NCBI GenBank assembly: GCA_964460325.1
Contig: CAYWPI010000001.1
Coordinates: forward strand, 108,551 to 162,320
Reading direction: 5' to 3'
DNA: 53,770 bases
Source of the DNA: an uncultured Candidatus Saccharibacteria bacterium
Lineage (GTDB): Bacteria > Patescibacteriota > Minisyncoccia > UBA6257 > 1-14-0-10-44-23
Shown here piece by piece: positions 28,097 to 36,579 of the stretch. A model generated the notes under the pieces. The model searched no databases and was not told the origin of the DNA. It worked only from the letters and a program-made list of their open reading frames with translations. Each line of letters opens with the position of its first letter. Position 1 is the first letter of the stretch. The position numbers and the translations under genes were made by a program.

Positions 28097-29148
28097 TATT
28101 TTACAAGATTGAGCTCTTTAAAAACACCTTCAAGGCGCGCCTTATACGTGTGCTGACGTATCGCTCGCTCATAACCGGCCTTGGCAATCTGCTTACGTTC
28201 GCTGTCGTGCGCAAGATAATAACGAATCTTGGCAATCAAATCGGCGGTGTCAGTATAGGTAACAATCTCTTTGCCGAGTTTAAAATATGAATCCATATCG
28301 TCGGCATCGCCCGTGATACAAAATCCCCCACTGCCAGTTATCTCAAATGGACGCGCCTTGATTTGTGGAATCCGCTTTTGAAAATACGAGCGAAGATTGC
28401 GCGGAAAGTTCCAAAAATCAGGCACAATCATATTGCGCCGGCGGCGGAAAAATATCTGCGCCAGAGGCTTAATAGCAAGCGCCGCCATGGGCGGATTCAA
28501 ATTAAGATTTATTTTGCTGCGTGAAAATATCTCAAGCATCTGCGGAAAGCTTGCCCGCCCCTCTTCCCAGCCAAATCCCCGCACGAACACATGTATGCCG
28601 GCCGCGCGAAGCGCGTTAATCAGTTTTTCCCTGTGCGGCGTCTTCATGCCAACAAATGAAACATCAATCGGTTCCATGGTGCCATCAATCACAATCGGCT
28701 GGTATAAGTCACTATTAAATCCCCACTGTGAACGAATCACATTGGTTATACCATACTGCGCATAACGCTCCTTTGCCTTGCTCCAGGTGGTGATAACGCG
28801 CGTAAAATGCGACGCATAAAAACGAGAGTAATTATCAAGACGCCAGTGATCGTCAGAAAACCAGGCAATACTCGTGGTGAGCTTTTTTACCTCGTCCAGC
28901 GTTTCATGCTCCAGTTCATCGGTGTACATAAACGCGAAAAACAAGTCGGGCTTCTCACGACGCACCACGTCAAGAATCTCCTGATTATAACCCTTTTTGC
29001 CAACGGTCAACACGCGATCAAAAGGAATGTAAAAAACCTGGTTGTTCGGATCAGCCTTCAGAAGCAAATAAAAATTGTTATGCTCGTTTGTTTTGCCAAG
29101 CTCCGGCCGATACCGCTCATTTTCTAGCCCCGTGAATACAATTTTCAT
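28096..29148 (-). CDS. CgeB-like glycosyltransferase, paralog 2
   Basis: I placed the start at MKIVFTG (29148), which gives an ATGA overlap with the upstream stop. The C-terminal segment reads KARPFEITGSGGFCITGDADDMDSYFKLGKEIVTYTDTADLIAKIRYYLAHDSERKQIAKAGYE. Confidence 0.68.
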   Translation of the reverse strand: MKIVFTGLENERYRPELGKTNEHNNFYLLLKADPNNQVFYIPFDRVLTVGKKGYNQEILDVVRREKPDLFFAFMYTDELEHETLDEVKKLTTSIAWFSDDHWRLDNYSRFYASHFTRVITTWSKAKERYAQYGITNVIRSQWGFNSDLYQPIVIDGTMEPIDVSFVGMKTPHREKLINALRAAGIHVFVRGFGWEEGRASFPQMLEIFSRSKINLNLNPPMAALAIKPLAQIFFRRRRNMIVPDFWNFPRNLRSYFQKRIPQIKARPFEITGSGGFCITGDADDMDSYFKLGKEIVTYTDTADLIAKIRYYLAHDSERKQIAKAGYERAIRQHTYKARLEGVFKELNLVK

Positions 29149-30137
29149 TGTAGTTGCTCTCTGCTTTTCGCTCTTTGTTTTTGCACCTGGCTTTCCACCC
29201 ACGCATACGTCTTAGCCATACCCTCAGCCAGCGGCCGACTGGGCGCCCAATTCAGATGCTGGCGAATGAGATCGTTCTGCGAGTTGCGCCCGCGCACGCC
29301 CAACGGACCGTCGATGTGCTTTATTTTTATTTTTTTCCCTGCCGCCTTGCTCGTGATTGCCACCAGCTCATTTATACTCACCATCTCCTCTGAACCGATA
29401 TTAACCGGTCCGCGGAAATTAGGATGATTCATGAGCCGCCGCACTCCCTCCAAACACTCATCAATATATAAAAAGGAACGGGTTTGCTTGCCATCGCCCC
29501 AAATTTCAATCTCGCCACCATCAGCCGCTTCTGCCACCTTACGACAAATGGCCGCCGGCGCTTTATCACGCCCGCCGGTCCACGCCGTTTCAGGTCCGAA
29601 AATATTATGAAAACGCGCAATACGCACATCAAGTCCGTGATTACGATTGAACGCCAAATACATCCGCTCAGAAAAAAGTTTTTCCCAACCATATTCGCTG
29701 TCGGGGTTTGCCGGATACGCAGTGTGCTCGGCGCAATTGGGATTTTCTGGATCAAGTTGATTGTGTTTGGGATAAATGCACGCGGAAGAAGAATAAAATA
29801 TCTTCCCCACCTTACGCTCTATCGCAAGCGTCAGCAGGTTGAGATTAATAAGCGCTGAATTGTGCATAATATGCGCATCATGGTCGCCGGTAAAAATATA
29901 ACCAGCGCCACCCATGTCTGCCGCCAACTGATATACTTCGTCAAACGGCTGGTCTAAAACCGCATCCCATACTTTTGGGTCACGCAAATCACCTAATACA
30001 AAGTCATCAGCCGCAGTCGGGCTAAATTCGCAATGCTTAATATCAACGCCGCGCACCCAATACCCCTCTGACTTGAGGCGTTTGACCAAATGCGACCCGA
30101 TAAATCCCCCCGCTCCGCAAACCAATGCTTTTTTCAT
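29145..30137 (-). CDS. GDP-mannose 3,5-epimerase-like SDR
   Basis: 330 aa with GAGGFIGSH, SSACIYP, YGWEKL, RFHNIFGP, GGRDKAPAAICRK, WGDGKQTRSFLYIDEC and GVRGRNS. This run of motifs matches what I recall of GDP-mannose 3,5-epimerases. Confidence 0.75.
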   Translation of the reverse strand: MKKALVCGAGGFIGSHLVKRLKSEGYWVRGVDIKHCEFSPTAADDFVLGDLRDPKVWDAVLDQPFDEVYQLAADMGGAGYIFTGDHDAHIMHNSALINLNLLTLAIERKVGKIFYSSSACIYPKHNQLDPENPNCAEHTAYPANPDSEYGWEKLFSERMYLAFNRNHGLDVRIARFHNIFGPETAWTGGRDKAPAAICRKVAEAADGGEIEIWGDGKQTRSFLYIDECLEGVRRLMNHPNFRGPVNIGSEEMVSINELVAITSKAAGKKIKIKHIDGPLGVRGRNSQNDLIRQHLNWAPSRPLAEGMAKTYAWVESQVQKQRAKSREQLQ

Positions 30138-30142
30138 GTCAA

Positions 30143-31177
30143 TTATTTCTTTTTTTGTAACTCATGAACAGCTTTCTTAACATCCAATACGCCAAACTTT
30201 TGAAGGTCGTAATCCATCATCACTTTCACCAAACCTTTAAAATCGGTCTTGGGCTCCCATTTGAGTATTTTTTTCATTTTGCGCGCATCTGCAACAAGCG
30301 TATCAACTTCTGTTGGTCTAAAATAACTTGGATCAATTTCGATATATTTTTTCCAATTCGTAATACCAACATACCTAAAAGCTTCTTCTAAGAAATCTTT
30401 CACTGAATGTGCCTTACCAGTCCCAATTACAAAATCCTGTGGCACCTTTAGCTGCATCATACGCCACATCGCCTCAACATATTCCGGCGTATAGCCCCAA
30501 TCCCGCTTGGCACTTAAATTGCCCAAATAAATCTTTTTATCGTGTCCCGCAAGAAGCCGCGCGATACCACGCGTGATTTTCCGCGTCACAAACGTTTCGC
30601 CGCGTCGTGGACTTTCATGATTGAATAAAATACCACAAATGGCATACATCCCATACGCTTCGCGATAATTGATGGTCGTATAATGAGCGAACACTTTTGC
30701 CACCGCATAGGGCGAACGCGGAGCGAATCTCGTATCTTCATTTTGCGGCCCCGGCGCGTTGCCAAACATCTCGGAACTCGAGGCTTGATAAAACTTCACC
30801 TTCTTTCCCGTAGAAGTCTGATAATCCTTGATAGCTTCTAATAAGCGCAAAGTGCCTAACCCGGTGATATTCGCGGTATATTCCGGAATATCAAATGAAA
30901 CCCGAACATGAGACTGAGCGCCAAGATTATACACTTCATCCGGCTCAATTTTATAAATCAACCGGTATACTGTTGTTGCGTCTGACAAATCGCCAAAATG
31001 CAGAACAAGTTTTTTAATCGGTTCGTGCTTTTCTTGAAAAATATGGTCGATCCGTGACGTATTAAATGTCGAAGCGCGACGCATGATGCCGTGCACTTGA
31101 TATCCTTTTTTTATTAAAAACTCCGCGAGATATGAACCGTCTTGCCCGGTGATGCCCGTTATCAGCGCTTTTTTCAT
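30143..31177 (-). CDS. gmd: GDP-mannose 4,6-dehydratase
   Basis: [34 protein letters not shown] and [14 protein letters not shown] motifs. The start is at 31177. Confidence 0.9.
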   Translation of the reverse strand: MKKALITGITGQDGSYLAEFLIKKGYQVHGIMRRASTFNTSRIDHIFQEKHEPIKKLVLHFGDLSDATTVYRLIYKIEPDEVYNLGAQSHVRVSFDIPEYTANITGLGTLRLLEAIKDYQTSTGKKVKFYQASSSEMFGNAPGPQNEDTRFAPRSPYAVAKVFAHYTTINYREAYGMYAICGILFNHESPRRGETFVTRKITRGIARLLAGHDKKIYLGNLSAKRDWGYTPEYVEAMWRMMQLKVPQDFVIGTGKAHSVKDFLEEAFRYVGITNWKKYIEIDPSYFRPTEVDTLVADARKMKKILKWEPKTDFKGLVKVMMDYDLQKFGVLDVKKAVHELQKKK

Positions 31178-31270
31178 ATACCCTATCATAATCCACGCCC
31201 GCAGTTAGGTCAAAACAAAAAACATTCGATCGGCTAACGTTTTTGAACCAGGAAGTCCTCCTGACTCAAT

Positions 31271-31300
31271 AAAAAAACACCTGAGTTCAGGTGTTTTTTT
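31271..31300. terminator. Bidirectional intrinsic terminator hairpin
   Basis: AAAAAAA-CACCTGA-GT-TCAGGTG-TTTTTTT. Confidence 0.7.
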
Positions 31301-31302
31301 AT

Positions 31303-31423
31303 AATCCCGCCCTCGGAGATCCTAGCATGCACTAGGTGGGTTGGCTCAGAACTACAACCAAGGTTGCAGACGATATCGCCATCCCGTATTAAAAGGTTTG
31401 ATAGGAAACCTATGGGTGGGATT
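31303..31423. ncRNA. Candidate ~120-nt structured RNA element (unclassified)
   Basis: A 10-bp closing helix AAUCCCGCCC / GGGUGGGAUU has one G-U wobble on the plus strand that would be an A-C mismatch on the minus strand. It encloses three hairpins (CCUAG..CUAGG, GGUUG..CAACC, AUAGG-AAA-CCUAU). There is no ORF. It abuts the terminator hairpin. Confidence 0.35.
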
Positions 31424-31459
31424 ACATATAGTATAACGCATCAGTAGCAAAAACATTAC

Positions 31460-31571
31460 AGAGTATTCGCGAAAAATGCGAAAAAATCAGGTAATAACGC
31501 GAAAAGACTCCAGGAATCAGAATCCCTTTCGCATTTTTAATACCCCTGTTCGCATTGTTCGCGAATACTCT
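31460..31571 (-). repeat. 23-nt inverted repeats (22/23 complementary) forming a long hairpin directly after the ndk stop
   Basis: AGAGTATTCGCGAAAAATGCGAA (31460-31482) pairs with TTCGCATTGTTCGCGAATACTCT (31549-31571). A U-run follows on the minus strand. Confidence 0.8.
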
Positions 31572-32051
31572 CTAGGCCTTTTCGTCGTCGCTATAAATCA
31601 AGTCTGAATCAAGTTTTTTGTAAGAGAATATCTCGTCTTTCTTAAAGAAACGCGCCACTTCCGCTTTGGCGGTCTCAAGTGAATCAGAAGCATGTGCGAT
31701 ATTTGCTTGCGTACTCAATGAAAAGTCCCCGCGAATAGTCCCCGGCATTGCCTCGTAGCCTTTTGTTGGCCCCAGCATCGTCCTCACAACGTTCACCGCC
31801 TTCACGCCAGAAAGCACCATGCCAACCACGGGGTATGAAGACATAAATGCTTTATTGCCCGGGAAAAATGGCTTGTCTTTGATATGCGCATAGTGCTCGT
31901 CAAGCTGAGCATCAGAAAGATGGATCATCTTCATGCCGACAATCTTAAGCCCCCGCACTTCAAAGCGGTGAATAATTTCGCCAAGCAGGTTGCGCTGTAA
32001 TGCGTCTGGTTTAAGCAACACCAACGTCTGTTCTTCTTTGGGATGATTCAT
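31572..32051 (-). CDS. ndk: Nucleoside diphosphate kinase
   Basis: 159 aa with TLVLLKPDALQRNLLGEII and the active-site region NIAHASDS. Confidence 0.9.
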   Translation of the reverse strand: MNHPKEEQTLVLLKPDALQRNLLGEIIHRFEVRGLKIVGMKMIHLSDAQLDEHYAHIKDKPFFPGNKAFMSSYPVVGMVLSGVKAVNVVRTMLGPTKGYEAMPGTIRGDFSLSTQANIAHASDSLETAKAEVARFFKKDEIFSYKKLDSDLIYSDDEKA

Positions 32052-32118
32052 AGGTCTTATTGGGGAGTATTATACTCCTTTTCGGGCAGGCGGTCAATCT
32101 ATTTCTCCCTACCATCCG

Positions 32119-33423
32119 TTAAGGGCTGATGCGCTTCACGTCACGCGGGAACAGAATCGCCTCTTTAATGCTTTCAAGGCCTAAAAGCTGCTGAACAAGC
32201 CGTTCACTGCCAAGCCCCCAACCGCCATGCGGCGGCATACCGAACTTGAAGATATTCACATAAAACTCCATACCCTTCTGACTAATGCCTTTTTTCTTCA
32301 TATTCTCCACAAGCATATCGTAATCGTGAATACGTTGGCCACCAGAGGCCATTTCAAGCCCCTTATAGAACAAGTCAAAGCCGTAAGTCTCTTCCGGATT
32401 CTCTTTACTTGGCATGGTGTAAAACGCCCGATACTTCCACGGATAATGTGTGATAAAGACAAAATCGGAGTTAAACTTTTCCTTCGCATGCCGGCCGGCC
32501 AACCGTTCTCCCTCAGGATCTATATCAGTATCTTCGGGCACTGCATGCCCATACTCTTTTTTAATAATCTCTTTAATTTCAGAAAGCTTAAAGTGCGGGA
32601 TCTCGTCTGGCACTGTTGGCACCACGGCGTTTGGATACAACGCCAATGCATCTTTGCCATGCTCGCCAACATACGCAAACGTACCCTTGAGCGCTTTCGT
32701 GAGCATTGCGGTGACATCTTTATAATCAGTGATAAATCCAAGCTCCGCATCCATGCCGATATACTCGCTTACATGACGCGTTGTAAAATGCGGCTCGGCG
32801 CGATAGACCGAACCAATCTCAAATACCCGCTCCAATGCGCCAACTAAAATCTGTTTATAAAATTGCGGACTTTGCGCGAGCACGGCCGTTTTATCGTAAT
32901 AACTTACCTTAAAAAAATTCGCGCCGCCCTCAGAGGCTGCTTCAAGCAGCTTTGGCGTTTTAATCTCCGTAAACGAAAGCGAGCGCATCGCCTGCTCATA
33001 ACCGGCCAAAAACAAATCATAAACGCGGAAGATTGCCTGCACTTTCGGATGACGAATTGAAAGCGTGCGCTGATCAAAGAGCGTATCGGTATTCAAATTA
33101 AGCTCGTTCTTGGAAATATCGAACGGAATATCTTCGTAAATCTTATACCGTTCCACCACTTTTGTTTCACCGAGTTCAACGCCGGTCTTTGCGCGAGCAT
33201 CCGCCTTGACCAAGCCGGAAAGCACCGCCGCCTCACCGATTTTGAGCTCTGGCTGAGCCGTGAACACGGCCTGGACAGTACCCGTGTAGTCCTGAAGCAC
33301 GACAAAAGTCTTGCCGCTTAATATGCGCATATTAAAAACACGCCCACTCACTGAAACTTCTTTCCCAACCACCTCTTTCAAATCCTTAATAAGAGTTCGT
33401 TCCATATGAAGCGATTCTATCAT
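32119..33423 (-). CDS. aspS: Aspartate--tRNA ligase, archaeal/eukaryotic-type class IIb (could be non-discriminating)
   Basis: 434 aa with an OB-fold N-terminus, FRAEPHFTTRHVSEYIGMDAE and GGWGLGSERL...LFPRDVKRISP. Confidence 0.82.
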   Translation of the reverse strand: MIESLHMERTLIKDLKEVVGKEVSVSGRVFNMRILSGKTFVVLQDYTGTVQAVFTAQPELKIGEAAVLSGLVKADARAKTGVELGETKVVERYKIYEDIPFDISKNELNLNTDTLFDQRTLSIRHPKVQAIFRVYDLFLAGYEQAMRSLSFTEIKTPKLLEAASEGGANFFKVSYYDKTAVLAQSPQFYKQILVGALERVFEIGSVYRAEPHFTTRHVSEYIGMDAELGFITDYKDVTAMLTKALKGTFAYVGEHGKDALALYPNAVVPTVPDEIPHFKLSEIKEIIKKEYGHAVPEDTDIDPEGERLAGRHAKEKFNSDFVFITHYPWKYRAFYTMPSKENPEETYGFDLFYKGLEMASGGQRIHDYDMLVENMKKKGISQKGMEFYVNIFKFGMPPHGGWGLGSERLVQQLLGLESIKEAILFPRDVKRISP

Positions 33424-33487
33424 GACAATTGACTTGTTTCCAGCAAAGGATTTAAGGTGAGTAGGTCCACATCTCAGGAGGGAACCA

Positions 33488-34078
33488 GTGGAATATCAGC
33501 CGCTCGAGAGACTCATTCTAATGATTGATGAGCCGAACAGGTCCGCCTGCCTGCGCATCATCTCTGACCACCTGCCGCTTTTTGAGCGAGTCCAGGGATC
33601 AACCCACAATCATCAGGCGTGGCCGGGCGGCTATCGCGACCACGTCACCGAGGTGATGAACATCGCATACCTGCTCTACTCCACCATGGGCGAACTGCGA
33701 GCCCTCCCATTCTCGCGGTCTGACGCCCTACTCGTTCTCTTCTTGCATGACCTGGAAAAGCCGTGGAAGTATCAACTCAACACCAAGGGCCAACTTGAAG
33801 AGAAACCCGAGTTCAAGGGCAACAAGCGGGCACAGCATGAGTTCCGAATGCGCCAACTTGCGCATTACGGGATTACACTTACCTCCGCTCAGCTCAACGG
33901 CCTCAAGTATGTCGAAGGCGAGCTTGATGACTACAAGAGCACTGAACGGGTGATGAACGAGCTTGCCGGCTTCTGCCACATGTGCGACGTTGCAAGCGCA
34001 CGGCTCTGGCCCACTCATCCGTACGAAGAATTCGACTCATGGCCGTTTGCAAGGCGACATCGAACCACCACACCCTAG
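33488..34078 (+). CDS. HD-domain-like phosphohydrolase (second high-GC islet)
   Basis: GTG start 6 nt after AGGAGG. 196 aa with HNHQAWPGGYRDHV and LFLHDLEKPW (HD motif). It is GC-rich, on the opposite strand to its neighbours, and followed by a GC palindrome. Confidence 0.58.
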   Translation: MEYQPLERLILMIDEPNRSACLRIISDHLPLFERVQGSTHNHQAWPGGYRDHVTEVMNIAYLLYSTMGELRALPFSRSDALLVLFLHDLEKPWKYQLNTKGQLEEKPEFKGNKRAQHEFRMRQLAHYGITLTSAQLNGLKYVEGELDDYKSTERVMNELAGFCHMCDVASARLWPTHPYEEFDSWPFARRHRTTTP

Positions 34079-34098
34079 CCCGCAAGGGCTCGCGCCAA

Positions 34099-34126
34099 GG
34101 CGCCCCGACCAGCTGGTCGGGGCGCC
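34099..34126 (+). terminator. Perfect 28-nt GC-rich palindrome after the islet gene
   Basis: GGCGCCCCGACCAG/CTGGTCGGGGCGCC. Only a weak T-run follows it. Confidence 0.45.
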
Positions 34127-34206
34127 GAAGCATTTTATCCTCCAAAAACCCTACACACTCATATACTAGTACGCTAGTATGTGGAGAATAAAAATGACTA
34201 TCTTTT

Positions 34207-35091
34207 TTACTTCCCTCCAAACACCTGGAACTCTCCGTTTTCAAAAACCACCTTTATCATCCCTTGCTCGTCTGTTCGAAAAATCTGACTGCCATATTTC
34301 AATAATCTATCAAGGACTGTTTTTGTCGGGTGGCCATACGTGTTTTTGCCAACCTCAATCACTGAAACCGCGGGCGAAACTTCTTTCAAAAATCCTTCGC
34401 TCGAAGAAAAACGCGAGCCGTGATGCCCAACTTTCAGCACGTCTACATTCACATCATGCTCACGCGCCAAACGCTCTTCCACGTTTGCGCCAATATCTCC
34501 CGTATAGAGCGCCTTAAAGTCTGGCGTGGTTAAAAGCGCAACCACTGAAGTGTCATTCAGTTCCCCGCTTAAGACTTCTTGCTCGCTGGGCGAAAGAATA
34601 TCCAATCGCGCGTCGCCAATCACAAGCGCATCTCCCTCTTCAACCTGCAGATAAGGAACACCATGAGCGACAAGCGTCTCGCGAAGCTCCGCATATGCTT
34701 CAACATCTGCTTTGCGTCCACTGCCTAAAAAAACGCCCACTTCATAGGTCTGTAATACATCGATCAGCCCGCCGAAATGATCCAGCTGAGGATGCGTCAT
34801 GATGAGCACGTCTATCCTCCTGTCAACCGGCGAAAAAATCTTCGCAAGATTATCTAACACCGCTCCGGTTGGTCCGCCATCGATTAAAATCTTCACTGCT
34901 CGCCTCGAACCGGCTGAAGCGGGCAAAACAATCAATTGACTATCCCCCTGCCCAATATCCAAAAAATAAAGTTCTGCTTTGGTCGCGCCAACTTGATTAC
35001 CAAACGCGATGCTCCATAGCACAACATCAGCAATGCACAAACCAAGCACGATAGCAAAAACAATCTTGTGTTTTGCGATGATTTGCCACAT
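34207..35091 (-). CDS. ComEC C-terminal-type metallo-beta-lactamase domain protein (separate ORF)
   Basis: 294 aa with an N-terminal TM helix, LDIGQGDS and MTHPQLDH (HxHxDH-like). Confidence 0.78.
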   Translation of the reverse strand: MWQIIAKHKIVFAIVLGLCIADVVLWSIAFGNQVGATKAELYFLDIGQGDSQLIVLPASAGSRRAVKILIDGGPTGAVLDNLAKIFSPVDRRIDVLIMTHPQLDHFGGLIDVLQTYEVGVFLGSGRKADVEAYAELRETLVAHGVPYLQVEEGDALVIGDARLDILSPSEQEVLSGELNDTSVVALLTTPDFKALYTGDIGANVEERLAREHDVNVDVLKVGHHGSRFSSSEGFLKEVSPAVSVIEVGKNTYGHPTKTVLDRLLKYGSQIFRTDEQGMIKVVFENGEFQVFGGK

Positions 35092-35094
35092 ATA

Positions 35095-36525
35095 TTATGA
35101 CTCTATCACGATATGCTCCCGCTTGGTGATGCGAAGCATCAATGCAAGCAATATTGCGTAATAGAGTATCGCCAGAGAAAGAGGAAATGACTCGCTCGTA
35201 ACACCCACCTGAAAGCGCGAGAAAAAATGAATAACACCCAGCTCATAGGCAAGCAAAAAGCGCGCCGGCAAAGCAACAAGAAGCGCCAGATAACTTGAAA
35301 CAAGACTCGCAAGAAAAATAAACAGTCCGCCAAGCATCGTATAGGGAATGAGCAGTAAAATAAGTAGGTTGGGCATAAGAGAAATGACTGAGGCAAACCC
35401 GAAATACATGAGCGAGATAGGGAAAACGGCCACCTGCGCCGCCAGCGTCGCGCACAACGTTTTAACTATGAGAATAAGAAACTTGTTTTCAAGTTGCTTA
35501 ACCCGAACATAATGTTCAAAAATCGGCTGAAGATACACAATACCAAGCAAAGCAAAAAATGAGAGTTGAAACCCAATATCGAATACAAGCACTGCAGGAT
35601 TTATCACGGTCATGATAAAAGCAGCAACAGCAATCGCCGTATGGGTCACGTGCACCCTGCCGGTGCGCTCTGCGAGCAACACAATACCAGCCATAATTGC
35701 CGCTCTCACCACTGAAGCCTCGGCGCCAGTCATCAGCACAAAAAGCGTGATAGCAACCACCGTCAAAGGGAAGAGTGTTCGCCGAGCAAACCAGAATCCA
35801 AATAACAAGATAACGCCTTTAACGATAATAGTAACGTTCGTCCCGGAAAGCGCTACCATGTGCGTGGTACCCGTGATCTTCATTTGCTCTTGCAGCTGTT
35901 GCGAAAAAGCGGCGCTTTTGCCCAGAGTCAAACCTGTCATAAACGTTGCCGATTCTGGAGGCAAGGTTTTTTGAAAACTTTCCGCGATGCGATCTCGCAA
36001 CGAAAAGAGTAATGCCTTAAACCCATTACCCTCCCCAACCGCAAGGTGATGCACAACGGGAAACCGAAGCACGCCAACAACGCGATCACGCAAAAATCGA
36101 GCATCATCATTTGCAAGCTGAGTAAGAACGCCGATTGCTTCTATCTTGTCCCCATACGTAAAGGAAGGATATCGCTGAGTGTATATCTGCACAATGAACG
36201 ATTCAGGCTCGCTCATCGCGACCGTAAGCGTTTGCCGATCGGCATATAACTTTACCTTTTCAACTACGCCAACGTATCGCACCTCAGAAGACAAAAGGAG
36301 TTCAGGAGCTAGGGGCGTTCGCACCTGATAATAAAAAGAACCAACTAAAAGCATGAGTGAACAGAATGCCAATTGATAACGCCCCACAAGCGCAATCGCA
36401 AGCGCCACCAGGCCGCCGATCAATAAAGGAAACGCCATACTTACGCCAAGCGGCACAACGCTGGCGATCGCCACCCCAACCAAAAAGAACACTATCCCCC
36501 AGAATACTTTTTGATAATGCTCCAT
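35095..36525 (-). CDS. comEC: ComEC/Rec2 competence channel (DUF4131 + competence domains), lacking the MBL domain
   Basis: 476 aa polytopic membrane protein. Its stop lies 3 nt before the next ORF's ATG. Confidence 0.78.
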   Translation of the reverse strand: MEHYQKVFWGIVFFLVGVAIASVVPLGVSMAFPLLIGGLVALAIALVGRYQLAFCSLMLLVGSFYYQVRTPLAPELLLSSEVRYVGVVEKVKLYADRQTLTVAMSEPESFIVQIYTQRYPSFTYGDKIEAIGVLTQLANDDARFLRDRVVGVLRFPVVHHLAVGEGNGFKALLFSLRDRIAESFQKTLPPESATFMTGLTLGKSAAFSQQLQEQMKITGTTHMVALSGTNVTIIVKGVILLFGFWFARRTLFPLTVVAITLFVLMTGAEASVVRAAIMAGIVLLAERTGRVHVTHTAIAVAAFIMTVINPAVLVFDIGFQLSFFALLGIVYLQPIFEHYVRVKQLENKFLILIVKTLCATLAAQVAVFPISLMYFGFASVISLMPNLLILLLIPYTMLGGLFIFLASLVSSYLALLVALPARFLLAYELGVIHFFSRFQVGVTSESFPLSLAILYYAILLALMLRITKREHIVIES

Positions 36526-36579
36526 ATGTTATCTTGTTCGGTTGAATATGAGCATCGGTAATATGTCCGCTACGAACAG

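Noticed and set aside
31296-31312. TATAAT at 31300-31305 as a promoter for a plus-strand small RNA.
   Set aside because: There is no acceptable -35 at 16-18 nt, and transcription from it would start inside the closing helix of the candidate element and destroy it.
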